A stretch of 40,245 nucleotides of DNA, from positions 1 to 40,245 of the forward strand of contig JBGAIN010000066.1 of assembly GCA_044225505.1 (NCBI GenBank), read 5' to 3'. Numbering within the stretch: position 1 is the stretch's first letter; each line of letters opens with the position of its first letter. Positions 37,202 through 40,245 of this stretch are shown here, piece by piece. Made by a program: the position numbers and the translations under genes. A model generated the notes under the pieces. The model made no database searches. It had not been told where the DNA came from and saw only the letters and a program-made list of their open reading frames with translations. The stretch comes from Limisphaerales bacterium. Lineage in GTDB: Bacteria > Verrucomicrobiota > Verrucomicrobiia > Limisphaerales > SIBE01.

Positions 37202-38179
37202 CTAAGCTGCGGACCCAAACGCCACCGTGGGGGCTGGGGTTCGGCGAGCGCTATTCGCTCGTCCCGCGGCACCGAGTTTCTCGCACTTCGCCGCCACAAA
37301 AGCGGCAAACTGCTCAATGTAGACCTTGCCTGGCGGCATGAAGTCGAATTCGCGCGGAGACAACTTGAAAAACTCACGGTGCACCCGAGTCCAGATCAAG
37401 CGACCGTCCGTCCCGACGTTGACTTTGGTTACGCCCAATCGAATGGCTTGCGCAATGTCAGATTCCGCCACGCCGCTCGCCGAAGCGTCTAACTGGCCGC
37501 CCGCCGCGTTAATGCGCTCGACTTCCGCTCGCGGCACCGCTGATCCACCGTGCAGCACCAGCGGAAATCCTGGCAATCGCCGCTGAATCTCAGCCAGTCG
37601 ATCAAAGTGCAGCTGCTGTTTGCCTGCAAATTTATACGCCCCGTGACTCGTGCCAATCGCCACCGCCAGGCTGTCGCAGCCCGTCTGGCTCACAAACTCC
37701 TCAGCCTGAGCTGGATCGGTCAGAATCGCATCACGCGCACTCACCTCCATGCCGTCCTCGATGCCTTTCAGTTGCCCAAGCTCCGCTTCCACCCCAAGAC
37801 CGGCCGCATGAGCTTCGGTGACAACCTGCCGCGTCGTTGAGACGTTCTCCGCAAACGGGTGATGCGACGCATCGATCATAACGGAGCTGTACCCGCCCGT
37901 CCGGATGGCTTCGTGGCAGCTCGCTTCGTCACCGTGGTCCAAGTGAACTGCGAACACGACCTTCGGGTAGAGTGACGCCGCGGCTTGGAGCATCGCCTCC
38001 AGCATCACAGGCGCTGCGTAACCTCGAATGACCCGGGTAAACTGCACGATGATCGGCGCTTCCGCACGGTCCGCCCCTTGGAACAAACCGTGGATTTGTT
38101 CCATGTTGCAAACGTTGAAAGCCCCAATGGCATATTGGCCATAGGCACCTTGCATCAATTCAATGGTACGAACGCGCAT
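37202..38179 (-). CDS. class II fructose-bisphosphate-type aldolase, probable IolJ-equivalent by context
   Basis: YAIGAFN, VHLDHG, SSVMIDAS, VEAELG, LAVAIGTSHGAYK and PLVLHGGS motifs. The probable start is ATG 38179, and it is the first gene of the iol operon. Confidence 0.88.
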   Translation of the reverse strand: MRVRTIELMQGAYGQYAIGAFNVCNMEQIHGLFQGADRAEAPIIVQFTRVIRGYAAPVMLEAMLQAAASLYPKVVFAVHLDHGDEASCHEAIRTGGYSSVMIDASHHPFAENVSTTRQVVTEAHAAGLGVEAELGQLKGIEDGMEVSARDAILTDPAQAEEFVSQTGCDSLAVAIGTSHGAYKFAGKQQLHFDRLAEIQRRLPGFPLVLHGGSAVPRAEVERINAAGGQLDASASGVAESDIAQAIRLGVTKVNVGTDGRLIWTRVHREFFKLSPREFDFMPPGKVYIEQFAAFVAAKCEKLGAAGRANSARRTPAPTVAFGSAA

Positions 38180-38386
38180 CAGCTCAAAGGGTCCATGTCG
38201 TTCTAGAAAGCTGAGATTATTCACTGCTGAAGTGTCAAGCGCGAATGTCGGTCATGCGCGACTCTCGAACCGAAGAAAAGGGTCGGACCTCGCCCAAGTT
38301 TCCTAACCACACGCAAGGGAACGACAATCATGAACAACCGTCCGGTAGCATCTCCGTGCAATCTCCGTGCACGTTCCGGCTGTGCA

Positions 38387-38924
38387 TCGGACGCAGTCGG
38401 GGTATCGGCGTTTGACACCGTCAACCTGAGCGAGCAGTGGATTTTGAACACGGGAACGCGCCTGGACTCCTTCGACGTCACCTACCACCAATACGCGACC
38501 AACGGCACTCGAACCGCTTTCCATCGATCTGACCTGGAAGCCAGCTGGCGGTCGGGACTGGTCTACAAACCGCGCCCCAACGGCAGTATCTATTTCGGGT
38601 ATGGCACCTCGTTCAATCCCTCAGCGGAAGGTCTAACGCTGGCGACGAACAACGTCAGCCTTTCGCTTCGCTTATGCTCCGGTTGGTTGAATCGCGCCGA
38701 CGCCTTGACGCGACGCGCGCGTCCCGGCGATCTGGATGCCGCCTTGGCCGCGTGAGCGAACTCCCTCCGCACGGATGATTGCCGCTCGCGATGCCCTCGC
38801 CCGCCCGTTCCGTCATCTGCGTCGCCAGGCCTTTGCGACAATGCACCAGGCCGCTTTTGCCAGGGTCCTGGATCAATCCGGCCTCTTGCGCGCCGTGGAA
38901 GCGCGCCTCACCCAGTGCTCATGA
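38387..38924 (+). pseudogene. internal fragment of a Fiu-like TonB-dependent receptor joined to the broken 3' part of another (possibly TPR-like) gene
   Basis: 38387-38662 reads AFDTVNLSEQWILNTGTRLDSF...SWRSGLVYKPRPNGSIYFGYGTSFNPSAE (beta-barrel strands). It then switches abruptly to helical GWLNRADALTRRARPGDLDAALAA* and to further helical sequence in another frame up to 38924. Confidence 0.7.
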
Positions 38925-38998
38925 CTGCCGCCGCGTTCCCGTCCGTTTGCGGAGCGCGGTCGTGTCGCGGACTACAACCAACTTCGATGGGAGCAAAT

Positions 38999-39161
38999 CA
39001 GCCGCTAAGCCCGGGTGTTAACGATATCGAAATGCACAACCGCCAACAGGTGAGACTCTTACTCAGGTCCGACCCCGCACCCAAAACAGCCGCCAAGCCA
39101 GGGTGTTAACGAAATCGGAATACACAACCACCAACAGGTGAGACTCTTACTCAGGTCCGAC
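38999..39161. repeat. 75-bp direct repeat, two copies, 88-bp period
   Basis: 38999-39073 versus 39087-39161 differ at 6 positions by my count and are separated by a 13-bp spacer. Both end ...CAGGTGAGACTCTTACTCAGGTCCGAC. Confidence 0.9.
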
Positions 39162-39210
39162 TTGGACTCCGCAGCAATACACTCTTCTGCGTTCGCCGTG
39201 GTTTCCGTTT

Positions 39211-39603
39211 TCAGTCGATGTGAACACTCCCGGTAAAGAACCATTCTCCATCCACCTTTACCATCTCAACTGTGTGTCCGCCCGGGATGAAACCGTAATG
39301 GAAAAGCCGCTCAGGGCAAACGACTGCGTGAGGTCCCGAGACTCTGATGCCCGACCTCCGACTGAGGGGCCTGGCAAAGCGGTCAAGCATGTCGAAATTG
39401 CGGTAAGCACCACCGCGTAGATCAGGGGCAAACAGTGACTGGGCAAGGTTCGTATTTCCGGAGGAAAGCGCCATCCTCATCTGCTGGTAACGTACCTCGA
39501 TCCGGTTCCGCTCTCCACGCGCAGCCTGATAATTTGGAATCAGCACCGCGAGCAGCAGCAGAGCCGCAATCCCCAACACGAACACTGGACGAAAGCTGCG
39601 CAT
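39211..39603 (-). CDS. hypothetical exported/membrane-anchored protein, possibly NTF2-like; putative gene cassette
   Basis: 130-aa ATG ORF with an N-terminal hydrophobic helix, ending MVKVDGEWFF. It starts 6 bp after an attC-like site. Confidence 0.7.
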   Translation of the reverse strand: MRSFRPVFVLGIAALLLLAVLIPNYQAARGERNRIEVRYQQMRMALSSGNTNLAQSLFAPDLRGGAYRNFDMLDRFARPLSRRSGIRVSGPHAVVCPERLFHYGFIPGGHTVEMVKVDGEWFFTGSVHID

Positions 39604-39609
39604 GGTAAT

Positions 39610-39702
39610 GGCTAAGAACCCGGATCACTGACCCAGCGCCAGTGGTTCTCGATTGCCCGCCAGAGCATCATCGTCGGGTTCACTGCGTCTGGCTTGTTGG
39701 AA
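39610..39702 (-). mobile_element. degenerate attC-like integron cassette recombination site
   Basis: The minus strand reads stop-T-TTCCAAC (R''-like)...GCAGTGAACCCGACG...CGCTGGGTCAGTGA...CTTAGCC (R' with G>C)-ATTACC-ATG. This 93-bp imperfect palindrome fills the whole intergenic gap. Confidence 0.6.
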
Positions 39703-39703
39703 A

Positions 39704-40132
39704 TCATCGCACCTTTGACTCTCGTATTTTCCATAACCGGTGAAAGTTGAACTCGCGAACGGTCCAAGAGACTTCTCCTGTTTGAGCATCGATATACCTC
39801 GAAAACATCCATCCAGGGTATACAAGGTTAGTTAAAGTTCCTCCTCGCGTCTTTGGTTGTTCCCATTCAAAGGTATGCCAACCGCAGCGTCTGTATCGCC
39901 CACCGTCATCGGTGGAAATCAGCTTGGGACTTATCAAGGTTGGGTCCCACGGGTCCTGGTGAATCAAGACGCGCCCATGCGAAAACTCACCTGTCACGTC
40001 GCTGCTGCACAGACAGTCGAAAAACGGGCCGCGCCAATATCCCGTTGGTGATGTAGGAATAGCCAAGCGAAGGAGGAGAATGGCGGCGAATGCAATCGCT
40101 AGACGGCCCCACTTAGTTCTGGCGAGGCTCAT
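39704..40132 (-). CDS. hypothetical protein with signal/TM helix; putative gene cassette
   Basis: 142-aa ATG ORF with a GAGGAG RBS, N-terminal hydrophobic helix and CLC motif, flanked by attC-like sites. Confidence 0.7.
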   Translation of the reverse strand: MSLARTKWGRLAIAFAAILLLRLAIPTSPTGYWRGPFFDCLCSSDVTGEFSHGRVLIHQDPWDPTLISPKLISTDDGGRYRRCGWHTFEWEQPKTRGGTLTNLVYPGWMFSRYIDAQTGEVSWTVREFNFHRLWKIRESKVR

Positions 40133-40145
40133 TTCAAACGCTCCT

Positions 40146-40242
40146 CGTCAACGACTGCTGCTGAAAGCGGTCTCACGTGCTCACCGTAGTGCGCCGGATC
40201 TCGCAGGCAAGTTCCAAACGATGCGCCGAGCAGCAGCTCGAC
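40146..40242 (-). mobile_element. partial attC-like site
   Basis: The minus strand reads GTCGAG-CTGCTGCT...AGCAGCAG-TC-GTTGACG, then the RBS and ATG. It has 8-bp inverted arms; the R'' side is degenerate and at the window edge. Confidence 0.4.
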
Positions 40243-40245
40243 TGC

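Noticed and set aside
38999..39161. CRISPR array (also considered for 5197-5350)
   Set aside because: Repeat and spacer lengths and copy numbers do not fit, and no cas genes are present.

Overview
This is a GC-rich bacterial chromosomal window, most likely Verrucomicrobiota (Pedosphaera/Limisphaera-like). That placement is inferred from prepilin/H-X9-DG-type genes, large secreted proteins ending in FYRL/FYRA, and GATTAC/REP-type intergenic repeats. The core content is a 12-gene complex I-like operon (nuoA-B-C-D-I-H-J-K-L-M1-M2-N) with two nuoM, no nuoEFG, a lengthened NuoL lateral helix and a single in-frame TAG in nuoD. It is followed by a minimal kinase plus PP2C phosphatase pair divergent from a type II glutamine synthetase with a sigma54-like promoter, then htpG. 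A myo-inositol catabolic operon (aldolase-iolB-C-D-A-E-G) runs directly into a pilin-like gene, followed by a 1.5-kaa GSDH/diheme cytochrome c surface protein. Both ends are accessory and decayed. The left end has a truncated amino-acid permease, RAYT-like transposase relics, REP/MITE-like repeats and a duplicated-domain secreted protein. The right end has a TonB-receptor relic between short inverted repeats, a 75-bp tandem duplication and two integron-like cassettes with degenerate attC-like sites. All family calls come from motif recognition by eye; no searches were run.
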